Source: Octopus sinensis (Eukaryota). From it: a stretch of DNA of 64,000 bases. The stretch covers positions 15,376,001 through 15,440,000 of the forward strand of contig NC_043012.1 in NCBI RefSeq assembly GCF_006345805.1. The letters run 5' to 3'. Every line of letters starts with the position of its first letter. The stretch's first letter is position 1. Made by a program: the position numbers and the translations under genes. The notes below the pieces were generated by a model. It did not search any database, was not told the origin of the DNA, and was given only the letters and a program-made list of their open reading frames with translations. This document shows, one piece after another, positions 12,101 through 24,483 of the stretch.

Positions 12101-14920
12101 TCACCAAGTAGTCTTCGGCATGTAAAAGCCTCATTCGAGGAAAATTTAAGTAATACTAAGCAATAAAGGGTTTAGCAACGAATTGCCTTACCACATACCG
12201 AATTTAGAAATAGCAGTCAAAGGGTTATAGCTATTTCTTCTACTAAAAAGGAGATCTCAGTAAAAACAGCATTTGGAAGGCAGACACAAACAGGTAAGAG
12301 AGAATGAATTGACTGCGATCTATCATACTTTTTAGGTTATCTACGGACGTACGTTTCGAAATCAAGTTTTTAGGAAAGCATAAGAATTAAATATTAAATA
12401 TTAAATAATTCTATCTTACCGAAACTTCTTTTCTCTCAGCGTAGAATACTATAATCATAAATGATTATATATTGAATTTTGAGATACCAGAAGGCACCAA
12501 CTCAACTCAGTATCAGAGCGAGCTAGAATCCGCAACTGGTATCACCGAATTCAATTTGTGAATGAAACGATTGTGTCAACAGCCCCTTCCCACCCGCGTG
12601 TAGCCAAAACAAGATGCTGTGGTCATCTACTGAGATAAAATATGGTTATCCGTAATAATGAAGGGTGAAATTAATTAATTTGGAATAATTATCAATTTCA
12701 CCAAGTAGTCTTCGGCATGTAAAAGCCTCATTCGAGGAAAATTTAAGTAATACTAAGCAATAAAGGGTTTAGCAACGAATTGCCTTACCACATACCGAAT
12801 TTAGAAATAGCAGTCAAAGGGTTATAGCTATTTCTTCTACTAAAAAGGGAGATCTCAGTAAAAACAGCATTTGGAAGGCAGACACAAACAGTAAGAGAGA
12901 ATGAATTGACTGCAATCTATCATACATTTTTAGGTTATCTACGGACGTACGTTTCGAAATCAAGTTTTTAGGAAAGCATAAGAATTAATATTAAATATTA
13001 AATAATTCTATCTTACCGAAACTTCTTTTCTCTTCAGCGTAGAATACTATAATCATAAATGATTATATATTGAATTTTGAGATACCAGAAGGCACCAACT
13101 CAACTCAGTATCAGAGCGAGCTAGAATCCGCAACTGGTATCACCGAATTCAATTTGTGAATGAAACGATTGTGTCAACAGCCCTTTCCCACCCGCGTGTA
13201 GCCAAAACAAGATGCTGTGGTCATCTACTGAGATAAAATATGGTTATCCGTAATAATGAAGGGTGAAATTAATTAATTTGGAATAATTATCAATTTCACC
13301 AAGTAGTCTTCGGCATGTAAAAGCCTCATTCGAGGAAAATTTAAGTAATACTAAGCAATAAAGGGTTTAGCAACGAATTGCCTTACCACATACCGAATTT
13401 AGAATAGCAGTCAAAGGGTTATAGCTATTTCTTCTACTAAAAAGGGAGATCTCAGTAAAAACAGCATTTGGAAGGCAGACACAAACAGGTAAGAGAGAAT
13501 GAATTGACTGCAATCTATCATACTTTTTAGGTTATCTACGGACGTACGTTTCGAAATCAAGTTTTTAGGAAAGCATAAGAATTAAATATTAAATATTAAT
13601 AATTCTATCTTACCGAAACTTCTTTTCTCTTCAGCGTAGAATACTATAATCATAAATGATTATATATTGAATTTTGAGATACCAGAAGGCACCAACTCAA
13701 CTCAGTATCAGAGCGAGCTAGAATCCGCAACTGGTATCACCGAATTCATTTGTGAATGAAACGATTGTGTCAACAGCCCCTTCCCACCCGCGTGTAGCCA
13801 AAACAAGATGCTGTGGTCATCTACTGAGATAAAATATGGTTATCCGTAATAATGAAGGGTGAAATTAATTAATTTGGAATAATTATCAATTTCACCAAGT
13901 AGTCTTCGGCATGTAAAAGCCTCATTCGAGAAAATTTAAGTAATACTAAGCAATAAAGGGTTTAGCAACGAATTGCCTTACCACATACCGAATTTAGAAA
14001 TAGCAGTCAAAGGGTTATAGCTATTTCTTCTACTAAAAAGGGAGATCTCAGTAAAAACAGCATTTGGAAGGCAGACACAAACAGGTAAGAGAGAATGAAT
14101 TGACTGCAATCTATCATACATTTTTAGGTTATCTACGGACGTACGTTTCGAAATCAAGTTTTTAGGAAAGCATAAGAATTAAATATTAAATATTAAATAA
14201 TTCTATCTTACCGAAACTTCTTTTCTCTTCAGCGTAGAATACTATAATCATAAATGATTATATATTGAATTTTGAGATACCAGAAGGCACCAACTCAACT
14301 CAGTATCAGAGCGAGCTAGAATCCGCAACTGGTATCACCGAATTCAATTTGTGAATGAAACGATTGTGTCAACAGCCCCTTCCCACCCGCGTGTAGCCAA
14401 AACAAGATGCTGTGGTCATCTACTGAGATATAAATATGGTTATCCGTAATAATGAAGGGTGAAATTAATTAATTTGGAATAATTATCAATTTCACCAAGT
14501 AGTCTTCGGCATGTAAAAGCCTCATTCGAGGAAAATTTAAGTAATACTAAGCAATAAAGGGTTTAGCAACGAATTGCCTTACCACATACCGAATTTAGAA
14601 ATAGCAGTCAAAGGGTTATAGCTATTTCTTCTACTAAAAAGGGAGATCTCAGTAAAAACAGCATTTGGAAGGCAGACACAGACAGGTAAGAGAGAATGAA
14701 TTGACTGTAATCTATCATACATTTTTAGGTTATCTACGGACGTACGTTTCGAAATCAAGTTTTTAGGAAAGTATAAGAATTAAATATTAAATATTAAATA
14801 ATTCTATCTTACAGAAACTTCTTTTCTCTTCAGCGTAGAATACTATAATCATAAATGATTATATATTGAATTTTGAGATACCAGAAGGCACCAACTCAAC
14901 TCAGTATCAGAGCGAGCTAG
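9161..14920 (-). repeat. Retrozyme-like tandem array: 9 full units of about 597 bp plus a 373-bp partial unit, non-coding, flanked by (TA)n
   Basis: Unit starts (taagcaataaaggg) at 9161, 9760, 10367, 10964, 11561, 12157, 12754, 13352, 13947 and 14548. No ORF of 60 aa or more in the track. One HHR motif per unit on the minus strand. Confidence 0.95.
9345..9451 (-). ncRNA. Type I hammerhead ribozyme motif (array unit 1; repeated in all 10 units)
   Basis: TCTACG-CTGAAGA-G(76-nt hairpin)C-GAAA-C-GTAC-G-TC-CGTAGA. Other copies start at 9947, 10551, 11147, 11746, 12340, 12938, 13535, 14132 and 14733. Units 5 and 6 have core deletions. Confidence 0.85.
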
Positions 14921-14944
14921 ATATATATATATATATATATATAT

Positions 14945-15090
14945 AGGGAGAGTTTACGAAAAAAAATATGAAGACAGGTGGTGTACAAAACAAACAGATG
15001 TATTAGTATAACGCTCAGGAATAGAAAAAGTCTTTTACGTTTCGAGCCTACGCTCTTCTACAGAAAGGGACACAGAAAAAAACAAGGATA
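14945..15090 (-). mobile_element. Short (TA)n-associated interspersed repeat, probably PLE-derived
   Basis: Related copies at about 18611-18835, 27798-28000 and 36127-36272, all abutting TA tracts and sharing a GAGC-loop-GCTC-GAAACG hairpin. Confidence 0.6.
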
Positions 15091-15130
15091 TATATATATA
15101 TATAATATATATATATATGCTTCTATATGT

Positions 15131-15976
15131 TATATGTTCGCATATTTATAATGGCTGATATATACCTATTTCTTTACTACCCACAAGGGGCTAAACACAG
15201 AGGGAACAAACAAGGACAGACAAGCGGATTAAGTCGATTATATCGACCCCAGTGCGTAACTGATACTTATTTTATCGACTCCGAAAGGATGAAAGGCAAA
15301 GTCGACCTCGGCGGAATTTGAACTCAGAAATACCACAAAGTATTTCGCCCGGCGTGCTAACGTTTCTGCCAGCTCGCCGCCTTAAATGGCTGATATATAT
15401 ACCTCCTGGGTTTAGGCGTCGGCTTTGATTTATGGCTGCTGGCGAGACGCTAAGCGCTTAAGTAGTATGTAAATAGGTTACGATAAGAAAAGAATAGAGG
15501 AAAGCTGTCACCGTAAGAAGCGTGAAACTTACTAAGCCATTTCATTTTTGACACAAAGCACATGCACACTTAGGAAGCATATCTTTAACGATTCTCTATC
15601 GCACAGCAAAAGTTTGCTCACTCGACACTTGTTGACTTTCAGTTAACATTCAGAGTTTGCTTGCAAAATATTTATTGTATTCCTTTTTTTCTTTCTTTTT
15701 GTTCGTTTTGCTTTCTTTTTCCGTCTTTCTTCCAGTCGTTCTATCTGAGTCTGGTTCTTTTATTCTTTTAACTTTTTACTACTTATTTCAGTCATTAGAC
15801 TGCGGCCATGCTGGGGCATCGGCCTTGAAGAATTTTTAGTCGAATGGAATTGACCCCAGTACTCGTTTTTTTTTAAAAAAGCCTGATACTTATTCAATCG
15901 ATCTCTTTTGGCGAACCGCTAAGTGTTACGGGTATGTAAACACCCGTTTTCAAGCGGTGGCAGGGACGGTACACAC

Positions 15977-16016
<40 letters not shown>

Positions 16017-16145
16017 ACACACACACATTAAAGTATTAATTAGACAGAGACAAATTCCAAGGTCAAATAATACTCCCTCATCAAAGCCAACACACGCCTA
16101 AACGTAGAGGGTATATGTAAGCCATTATAAATATGTGAACATATA
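15131..16145. mobile_element. MITE-like element with about 65-bp TIRs and nested SINEs
   Basis: tatatgttcgcatatttataatggct...tttaggcgtcggctttga mirrors 16081-16145. The left TIR is interrupted by a SINE B (15167-15385, minus strand; duplication atggctgatatata at 15151 and 15386). A SINE A-type copy lies at about 15770-15970. Confidence 0.7.
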
Positions 16146-16210
16146 CACATATATATAAATATATATATAAATATAAATATAAATATATATACATATATAT
16201 ATATATATAT

Positions 16211-18565
16211 AGCACCTCCCTTTCTAAAAGAATTTGGGAATTAAAAGACAAATGCATAGGCTTCAAACTCAGGTGGTCCATCATCGGATCAGCTGCACCT
16301 TATTTAAATAATAGAGCAGGATGCCAACTATGTTGTGTAGAACTCCTGAACATCTTGAAATTCAAAGACAAACACAATCTTATTAACAAAAGGTCAGAGT
16401 TCAAACCATCCTGTATACACAAACTTATTAATACTTTCAAATACTACAAAGCTTAGGTTATTATACCAACTCCCCCATGCAATTTCCTCCCACCCGGTGC
16501 AACCTGTCGGCTCCAGCACATCCCGCTTTCCTATATGTGCGTGTATATGCGTATATGTGTGCGTATATATATATGTATGTGCACATATGTGTACGTATAT
16601 GTATATTATATATATATATATATTATATATATATGTGCGTGTGTGTGTGGGGGGTGTGTGTATGTGCATATACGTTTCCCTGCATTTTCTCCTATATATA
16701 CAAATTTTGTCTCCCATATATGTCTTCTTTTCCCTACATATTTCTTCTCCTACACCCTATCCTTCCTATATAGTCTCTTTATTTCCCTATATCTATACCC
16801 TTTCACATTTCTAACTCGGATGTTGAACGCACACCGCCAAACTCCACTTCCCACCCTTCCAATTTTCAGTTCCCCCCGCCCGCCCCTACGTGGGCACCTT
16901 TAACACACACCTCTAACTTTCAACCACCTTCATCTCATGTTAAGCTTTACCAATTATATTTTTATTTTATTTTATTTTATTTTTACTTTTATTTTTTTAC
17001 TTTTATTCTACTACTTCGATTTATTCTCATTTTTTATTTTCATCCCTTATCTTAACTCTTATAATTTTATAATTTTTATATTTCATTTCTAACTTCTACA
17101 TTGTATTTCTTATTTTTATACTGTTTTCTTACTTTTATTTCTAATTTTTAACCCTTACCCTCATTCTTACCCCTAACTTATCGCTTTATATCTCTATATA
17201 TGTCTATTTTTTTTTTTTTTGCTTATCCCCTTATTTACTTACCTATGGATCCACTTTATGATTATACGAGCGTCCGTGTACGTATGTATACGTATACATA
17301 TATGTACATATGTACGAGTAAACATCTACGTCTGGATGTACATACCCCGCATTTTTTTTACGTTTTCTTATATTCATATGTTTACACCTATTTGTATACA
17401 TCTTTTAATATCTTATAGTTATACCCATATGCGCGTATGTCTCTGTGTGTGTATGTAAGTGTATATGTGCACGCACATATGGACACACAGCCGTGTGTGC
17501 ATGCACGTGTAGACGTGAGTGTGTGATTCTTTACATACGTCCTTATATACATCCTTTAATACCTTATATCTAAACCTGGAAGCGTGGGCATATGCGTATG
17601 TGTATGTAGGGATGGGCGCACGTATGTACATATGGGTGTGTACACGTATAATGTCCGTGTATACATGCGGATATTCTGTTGTATGTATGTATATGTACGC
17701 GCGTGGGTGTGTGTGTGTTTATGTACATGTTTACACGTGAGTGCGTGTGTATGCTTATAGGCTTGGAGGCGTATATGTACGCGTGTATATGGGTGTATGC
17801 ATCCATGATGGTAGTATGTACTAGATGACCAATTGATTCAAAGAACCAGATTAAACGCTCAACAGCTCTGATTTACAACACATTAGGTCCCCCAGACGAA
17901 ACTGTTGATTATTGACACCACCCAAAACTTCTACAACTAATTTTATCAATCTCCTGCCACCATGTTTGTCCGTAACCTCTATACATCCCTTATCTTTATA
18001 TTTTTTTACATTTTTATCATGTTTATTCCTATTTTTATTTTATTTTTTTACTTTTTACTTTTATTTCTATTTCTATTTTTACTTTATAACCTTATGCCTT
18101 TACATTTATTTATATTTCTTTATATTTCTTTATATTCTTTATACCCCCTTTACATCTCCTTATATCTCCTTATATCCCTTTATATCTTTATACTCTACAT
18201 TTTATATTTTTTCTAAACTTACACTCTTTATACATTTTTTTATCCCTCGTCCTGAATTCGCGCCCTCCGCTTCACGTCTATATATGTATTTATTTATTTA
18301 CATTACTTCAACATCCAAATTTCCTCATTCTACATTGAGAGAAGAAGAGATGGACGTTTCAATCTATGCTGCTGCCGCATTATGTCGTACGCGAATGAGG
18401 ATTTGCATCCCCAACCAAGAATTTTTGATGTAACACATGTCCTTGTGGAAGCTGTTGTGCGCGGCTGAAGAAGGCCACAGACATACATTATGCATTGTTA
18501 TAAATCTGTCTAATAAAAGCCCGAAACATATGTACCACGCTGAATCCTTCGTATCATGTTTTTAT
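16211..18565 (+). mobile_element. 5'-truncated Penelope-like element in (TA)n: protein C-terminus, long 3' region and terminal HHR
   Basis: 16211-16456 translates STSLSKRIWELKDK...WSIIGSAAPY...CQLCCVE...LINKRSEFKPSCIHK...*, a C-terminal pattern I recognise from GIY-YIG PLE proteins. HHR at 18459-18540; TA tracts on both sides. Confidence 0.75.
18459..18540 (+). ncRNA. Type I hammerhead ribozyme motif (slightly degenerate)
   Basis: GCGCGG-CTGAAGA-AGGC...GCCC-GAAA-C-ATAT-G-TA-CCACGC: stem I 5/6 paired, palindromic loop III, GUA triplet; the first pair of stem II is an A.C mismatch. Confidence 0.65.
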
Positions 18566-18572
18566 TTTGATC

Positions 18573-18613
<41 letters not shown>

Positions 18614-18834
18614 TAATCCAAACAAGAAAACACAAAAAAAAAACCAAAAAAGCACAACAACGCGGGGACGTGGAACAAATAAAGTATTATTGGACGCTCA
18701 GGAAAGAAGGGAAGAAGGAGGGTTTAACGTTTCGAGCGGAGCTCTTCGTCGGAAACATAGGAGAAGGAAAGATCCAGAGAAGGGAAGGCAGAGGAAAAAA
18801 AGATCGCCTGTGGTACTCACGAGGTCACATATTG

Positions 18835-18866
<32 letters not shown>

Positions 18867-19084
18867 TATATATAAATATACATATATACATACATATATA
18901 TATATATATATACACACACACATATAATAGTGTAATTCCGTGCCCAAATCACTTCTTACGGCTGTACTCGGCTCTGAACTGTCTCTTTTACTTCAGTCGG
19001 GTCCCAACTTTTTCAGCTCTGCCTTAGCATCGTGTCTGCAGCTGTTTTCCCTTCGGAATTTACTGCATCATGTCATGTTTAATG

Positions 19085-19320
19085 TATTTTTTAAAAGCCT
19101 TAGTTCGGTCCATCGTTCTCAAATTAACTGACTCTAAGGCCCCCATATTGTCAATATAGGTGCATTGTAAAAATCGGATTTACGTGGAACTGCACGCATA
19201 TTGCGTAAAGTACTGTCAGTCTGAGGTCCTTGATGTGAATTGACAGACAGTACAAAACCCCGGTAGACACAATATCTTGAATCAACAACATCACAATATT
19301 GGATACTATGCGACGCCTTC
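19085..19320 (+). mobile_element. Degenerate 3' end of an older R4/Dong-like element
   Basis: PHIVNIGAL*KSDLRGTARILRKVLSV* resembles GTAHILRKILSM* of the adjacent element; followed by (TAA/TGA)n. Confidence 0.55.
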
Positions 19321-19336
19321 AATGATAATAATAATA

Positions 19337-19380
<44 letters not shown>

Positions 19381-19388
19381 AATAATAA

Positions 19389-21397
19389 TTGTCACAAACG
19401 ACACAAAAACTTGTCAATACCTGGATAGACTATAAAAAAGCTTTTGATAGTCTATCACATAGCTGGATTAAGAAATGTCTGGAAATGTATAAAATAGCAT
19501 CTACACTGCGAAACTTTTTGTCTGTAAGTATAAGATCATGGAGAACCACTCTGACTTTGAACAGTGACAATGAATCTCTAAATGCTAGTGATGTAAGAAT
19601 TTCATGTGGCATTTTCCAGGGTGACTCACTATCACCCCTCCTCTATTGTCTAGCCCTAATACTTCTCTCAAAATTGCTCAATGATGCACAGTACGGTTAT
19701 AAAATATTTGATAAAAATATAAATCATCTCATTTACATGGATGATTTAAAACTCTTTGCAAGAAATGACCAACAACTCATGGTCTTACTAGCGATTGTTA
19801 AACAATTCAGTGATGACATCAGAATGCAATTTGGTCTCGATAAATGTGTAAAAGCTACCTTTATCAAAGGAAAAATGACAGAAACATCTAACGTTAACCT
19901 TGACCAGCAGAATGTCATAAAAGAGTTAGACCCAGCGGAGAGCGACAAATACCTAGGGGTACTTGAAGGGGACGGAATCAGGCATTCAGTGATGAAGGAA
20001 AGGATAAGGAGAGAATGTTATCGCAGGGTGAGAGCAATACTCAAGACAGAGCTGAAAGCGAGAAACAGGATCGAAGCGATCAATGCTTTAACCATACCAG
20101 TCGTGACTTACAGTTTCAATATTATTAACTGGTCAATTACTGAAATATGTAATCTTGACAGAAAAATACGAAAACTGTTGACAATACATACAATGCACCA
20201 CCCCAAGGCAGATATAGAACTACTTTATCTGCCAAGAAAAGAGGGAGGCCGTGGACTTTTACAATTGGCATTAGCAATGAAGATTGCCACAATTGGCCTA
20301 GACACCTACCTGAAAAACTCAGAGGACTGGATGTTAAAACTTGTCTCAAAACATGAAAACAAGAAAGCATCATACTCAGTAACAAAACAGGCAAAGGAAT
20401 ATCTAAATGGATTCCAAATACAACAAATTCCGAAATTAGACACACGAGAAACAAGTGCAGAAAAAGCTAAGCGCATGAAAGCCCGTGCTAAAACTGCTGT
20501 TGACGAAGCCCTTACCCATCAATGGCCAATGGCCTCTGGCTTAAAATCTGAAACAGAAGGGTTTATCATAGCAGACCAAGATCAATGCCTACATACAAGG
20601 AACTACCAGGCCAACATATTAAAGAACGGCAGTAGCCCAACATGTCGTGTATATCAACAACAAAATGAAGCCATTGATCATGTTGTCTCCAAGTGCAGTC
20701 TTCTTGCGCCTACAGAGTATCTCAACAGGCATGATAGAGCTGCATAATATATTCACTGGGTAATTTGCAAAAGCGTGCACTTGCCTCATGATAAAAACTG
20801 GTGGGAACAGAAACCACCGTCAGTGCTTGAAAATGATCACATCTCACTCCTCTAGAACTTCACCTTTCAAACTGACAGAAAGATAGATGCAAATAGGCCA
20901 GACATCCTATTGAAAGACTTCAGACAAAAAACATGATTGAAATGACTGTCCCAATCGATATAAACGTATCTGTCAAGACCTACCAAAAACTGAGCAAGTA
21001 TACAGATCTTGAAATAGAAATTAGCAAAATGTGGAACCTGAAGACTAAAACAATACCTGTTGTCATAGGTGCCCTGGGAATGATAGCAAAAGGGGCTGAT
21101 TGCTACCTAGCTCATATACCAGGAAACCCCAAAATGGCAGAGATTCAAAAGATAGTGCTCATGGGAACTGCCCACATCCTACGTAAAATACTTTCTATGT
21201 AATCTCAAGTTTTAAAACAAATATAATTTTCTTATGGTTTCTTAAACATTCTCTAGAATAACACTATGTATAAAACCAAATATATGGCACCCTAGGCATA
21301 ACACCAACATGAACTTCCAACTTGTTGTCTCTTGAGGTCTCTGGGTGAGACTTGGAGCCAACTTGTACAAATGCAAAGCAAAAGTCAAAGATAAAAT
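19389..21397 (+). mobile_element. 5'-truncated R4/Dong-clade non-LTR retrotransposon (RT, CCHC finger, restriction-like endonuclease)
   Basis: IDYKKAFDS, GIFQGDSLSPLL, YMDD, FGLDKC, C..(Y)..ETID-like HVVSKC, RPDI...IEMTVP motifs. Internal stops and frameshifts after 20747. Flanked by (TAA)n on both sides. Confidence 0.9.
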
Positions 21398-21410
21398 AAT
21401 AATAATAGTA

Positions 21411-21476
<66 letters not shown>

Positions 21477-21808
21477 TAAATAAAGGCAAAAGACCAGCTA
21501 TCTTAAGGGGAGAGATTTAGTTCATATCAATATTTACTTAGTCACCTTTAAAAAATATAGAAAAATACGAGCTCTCTTTGCATAAGATGAATGAATCAAA
21601 CATGTTTTGTGAATATAGCAAGTCCAGTGAAATAGCCAATCACAGTTCAAGTGAAGTTGAGGAGATATGTAGTTATGTACTGCTCTGCTCGTCGTATGGG
21701 TATATGCAAGCACAAAATAGCAATTAAACGGCTGGAATGAACACAAAAGGCATATTTCTCTCTCCCTCTCTCTCCCTCTCTCTCTATATATATATATATG
21801 TATTTATA

Positions 21809-21859
<51 letters not shown>

Positions 21860-21899
21860 CTAAGCACAAACTATTTAATTTTGTATAGACAATATTGCC

Positions 21900-21941
<42 letters not shown>

Positions 21942-22479
21942 ACATCGTCCATCAGTCAAGCATTGGTTGCAATGATATTACCGTATACCTTTCTCATGCA
22001 TCTGTAGCAGTGTCTAAGTTATAAAGTTATTACTATTACTGTTCTTGTGTTTGTCATGGTCGAACCTGCTACAAAAACTCCCCAAGAATTCTGGATTTTT
22101 TTACCAAGGCAAACAAAGAAAAAGTGTTCCTTTTTCTATAGATTTGTGCAGAAACCCTTCTGGAATGTAATGGAAGCCCACAAGCACTCCGGGTAATGAT
22201 ATGAGGTCTGTCACTTGTTTAAAGACATTTTAAAACTTAATTATATTTCTTTAAAACAAACATGTTTTTGCAATTATTTCAGAAGCAGTGATGGGTGACA
22301 ATTCTGCAAATAATAATACTATTTTATAAGCTAAAAGCTTGCGTACAGAAAACCCACTTTTTTTTCCATCGAGGGCTTATATGCCCCAACATTAGAGTAT
22401 TTTCGTTAGTTGATACACAGTGATCGTTTATAAGTTTTAAGCTTATAAAATATTATTTACAGAATAATTTTATTTGTTT

Positions 22480-23100
22480 ATATTCAACTCACAATGGCTT
22501 CTAACTCGAGAAATGCTTCTTCAAGTCCGCTTCCAGCTGATTGGAACTCTACTAGTTTAAAGCTTACTATTCTGGCTGCATCACTCCTGCCCCATCAGAA
22601 ACAGTTAGGCAAATAGCTGAAATAATCCTCTACGGTCTATTTCTTCACATTCCACACGCAACAAATACTCACAACCGCATGTATTCCAAATGCACATAGC
22701 ACTTTAGTAACTCAGGGGTAAAGGACTACAATGTCGGAAAAATTCACCCATCTGCAAAAACTAGGCAGCATTTACTGAATACCACATCTCTTCAAGTCAG
22801 CTATCCTCACCATAAAAGATGCCTCTCAAATCATCGTCTCGTAAACTGCAGTTATTCCTTCTGACCGGAATCCGAATGTATTTCATTTCTCAACTATGAC
22901 AGTTGTGTAAGCAGTGCTCCCCTAGAGAACGGTTTCACCTTCGCTGCTTACTCTGCAGTCGAAATTCCACACTATACACATTGGTAAACCTCCTCTAAAA
23001 TCTATCCTTTTCAACCCTACCAGCTGTCATATTTTCCCACAATAAACTTGTGAGTTAGTTTCTCTGTCGCTCACCAAAATATTCAATTTCTTCATCTCTA
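22480..23100 (+). mobile_element. Highly degenerate LINE (CR1/L2-like) RT 3' remnant
   Basis: Only scattered RT-tail-like residues with many stops; weak. Confidence 0.3.
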
Positions 23101-24450
23101 TAGGAATACATTGCAATATCTGGAAACGCGTTACCATATGTTCTTTCCCAAGAGGGAATTATGTACACTTATATAAAAATATATATGCATTTTCAGGCAT
23201 TTATTTTAGAAAATGGAAACCAAATACATATATAGATACACATATACACATATTCACGAATACTCACGCATATTTTTATATTATAGTATATATATATATA
23301 TATAGAATATACTATAAGAACTTTTATATACGATAAACACTAGAACTTTTCCCACGATGGAACAATGGTTTTTCTCTGACAGCAGTTTTTACATTTCCAG
23401 ATGCCTTTAGCTAGGCTAAAATAATGTCTTCACTACTTGAACCTTTCTAACCTCTTCTACTTCAATACTAGAATAGATAACAAGACCACCAACTAAATCT
23501 ATTGTTCTCAATGATATATCTATCCTTCTGGATCTTAATATAAGCAAGCACATCCCAAACAAAAACCAGTTAGTCACCAACCGGTGACAACTCAACGAGG
23601 TCTGGCTGACCAACCTTGGTCAGAGGGAGAAAGCAACTGTGAGACAACACCCTACCATTCTCTCTAGCTCTAATTCTGTTCTCTTATAACATCATTCTAT
23701 CTGTCTCAGCAATTACTACTAAACAATGAAGAGAACCCAAACACAAACTTTACATCGCATGCTTTTTGATTTATCAACGTGTCCGTCGAGGCAAGGTTGT
23801 GTAATGTAACGGTAAATGACTACTTTCTTACAACGTCATGCATTGTTCATATTTCACATTTTACAACTTCACATCTGACAGTATGCAACCATAATAACAA
23901 AACAGTTTACAACAGCTGGTATCGTCATTTCATAACATTGTTTACCAAATCAATTTCAACCGCAATAATTTGGTGACCCTCGATCGACTTCAACTAAAAA
24001 CTTTATCATTACAAATAAAATCCTCTGCCATTACATATATATATATATATTTATTGATAAACAAATAACAACAGATGGATAACTGTTTTCAAACGAATTT
24101 TTTAATTGATAGATAGTGTTATTACACAATGTAAGAAAAAAGGATCTGGTACAGGGTGTATTCTGAGGTACATCCATGAAACTCATGGCATATCCCGTCG
24201 GGCGCCTGTGATCGTGTATGGTACTAGAATATTAATCCGTCTGCACTTCGGTATGTACGCATATGTTCCTCTAATATTGTTTTGTACACGATTGCTATTT
24301 CTTTGACCGAACTTGGTGCTTTACAGTTTAGGTGCCTAATTCATTCGAATCCTGAACTTTTATATATTACGATAAGTATGTACATACATACATACATACA
24401 TACATACATACATACATACTACATACATACACATATATATATATATAATA

Positions 24451-24483
<33 letters not shown>

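Noticed and set aside
9161-14920. Array as CRISPR, rDNA/5S or histone repeat
   Set aside because: Units are identical throughout with no unique spacers, and there is no rRNA or coding similarity.
17912-18433. 173-aa hydrophobic ORF
   Set aside because: Low-complexity T-rich 3' region of the PLE; compositional artefact.
24155-24205. HHR-like CTGAGGT...GAAACTCATGGC
   Set aside because: At least two invariant positions are wrong; at best a relic. The same applies to about 43204 and to the CTGATAC/CTGACAC hairpins at about 1883 and 51620.
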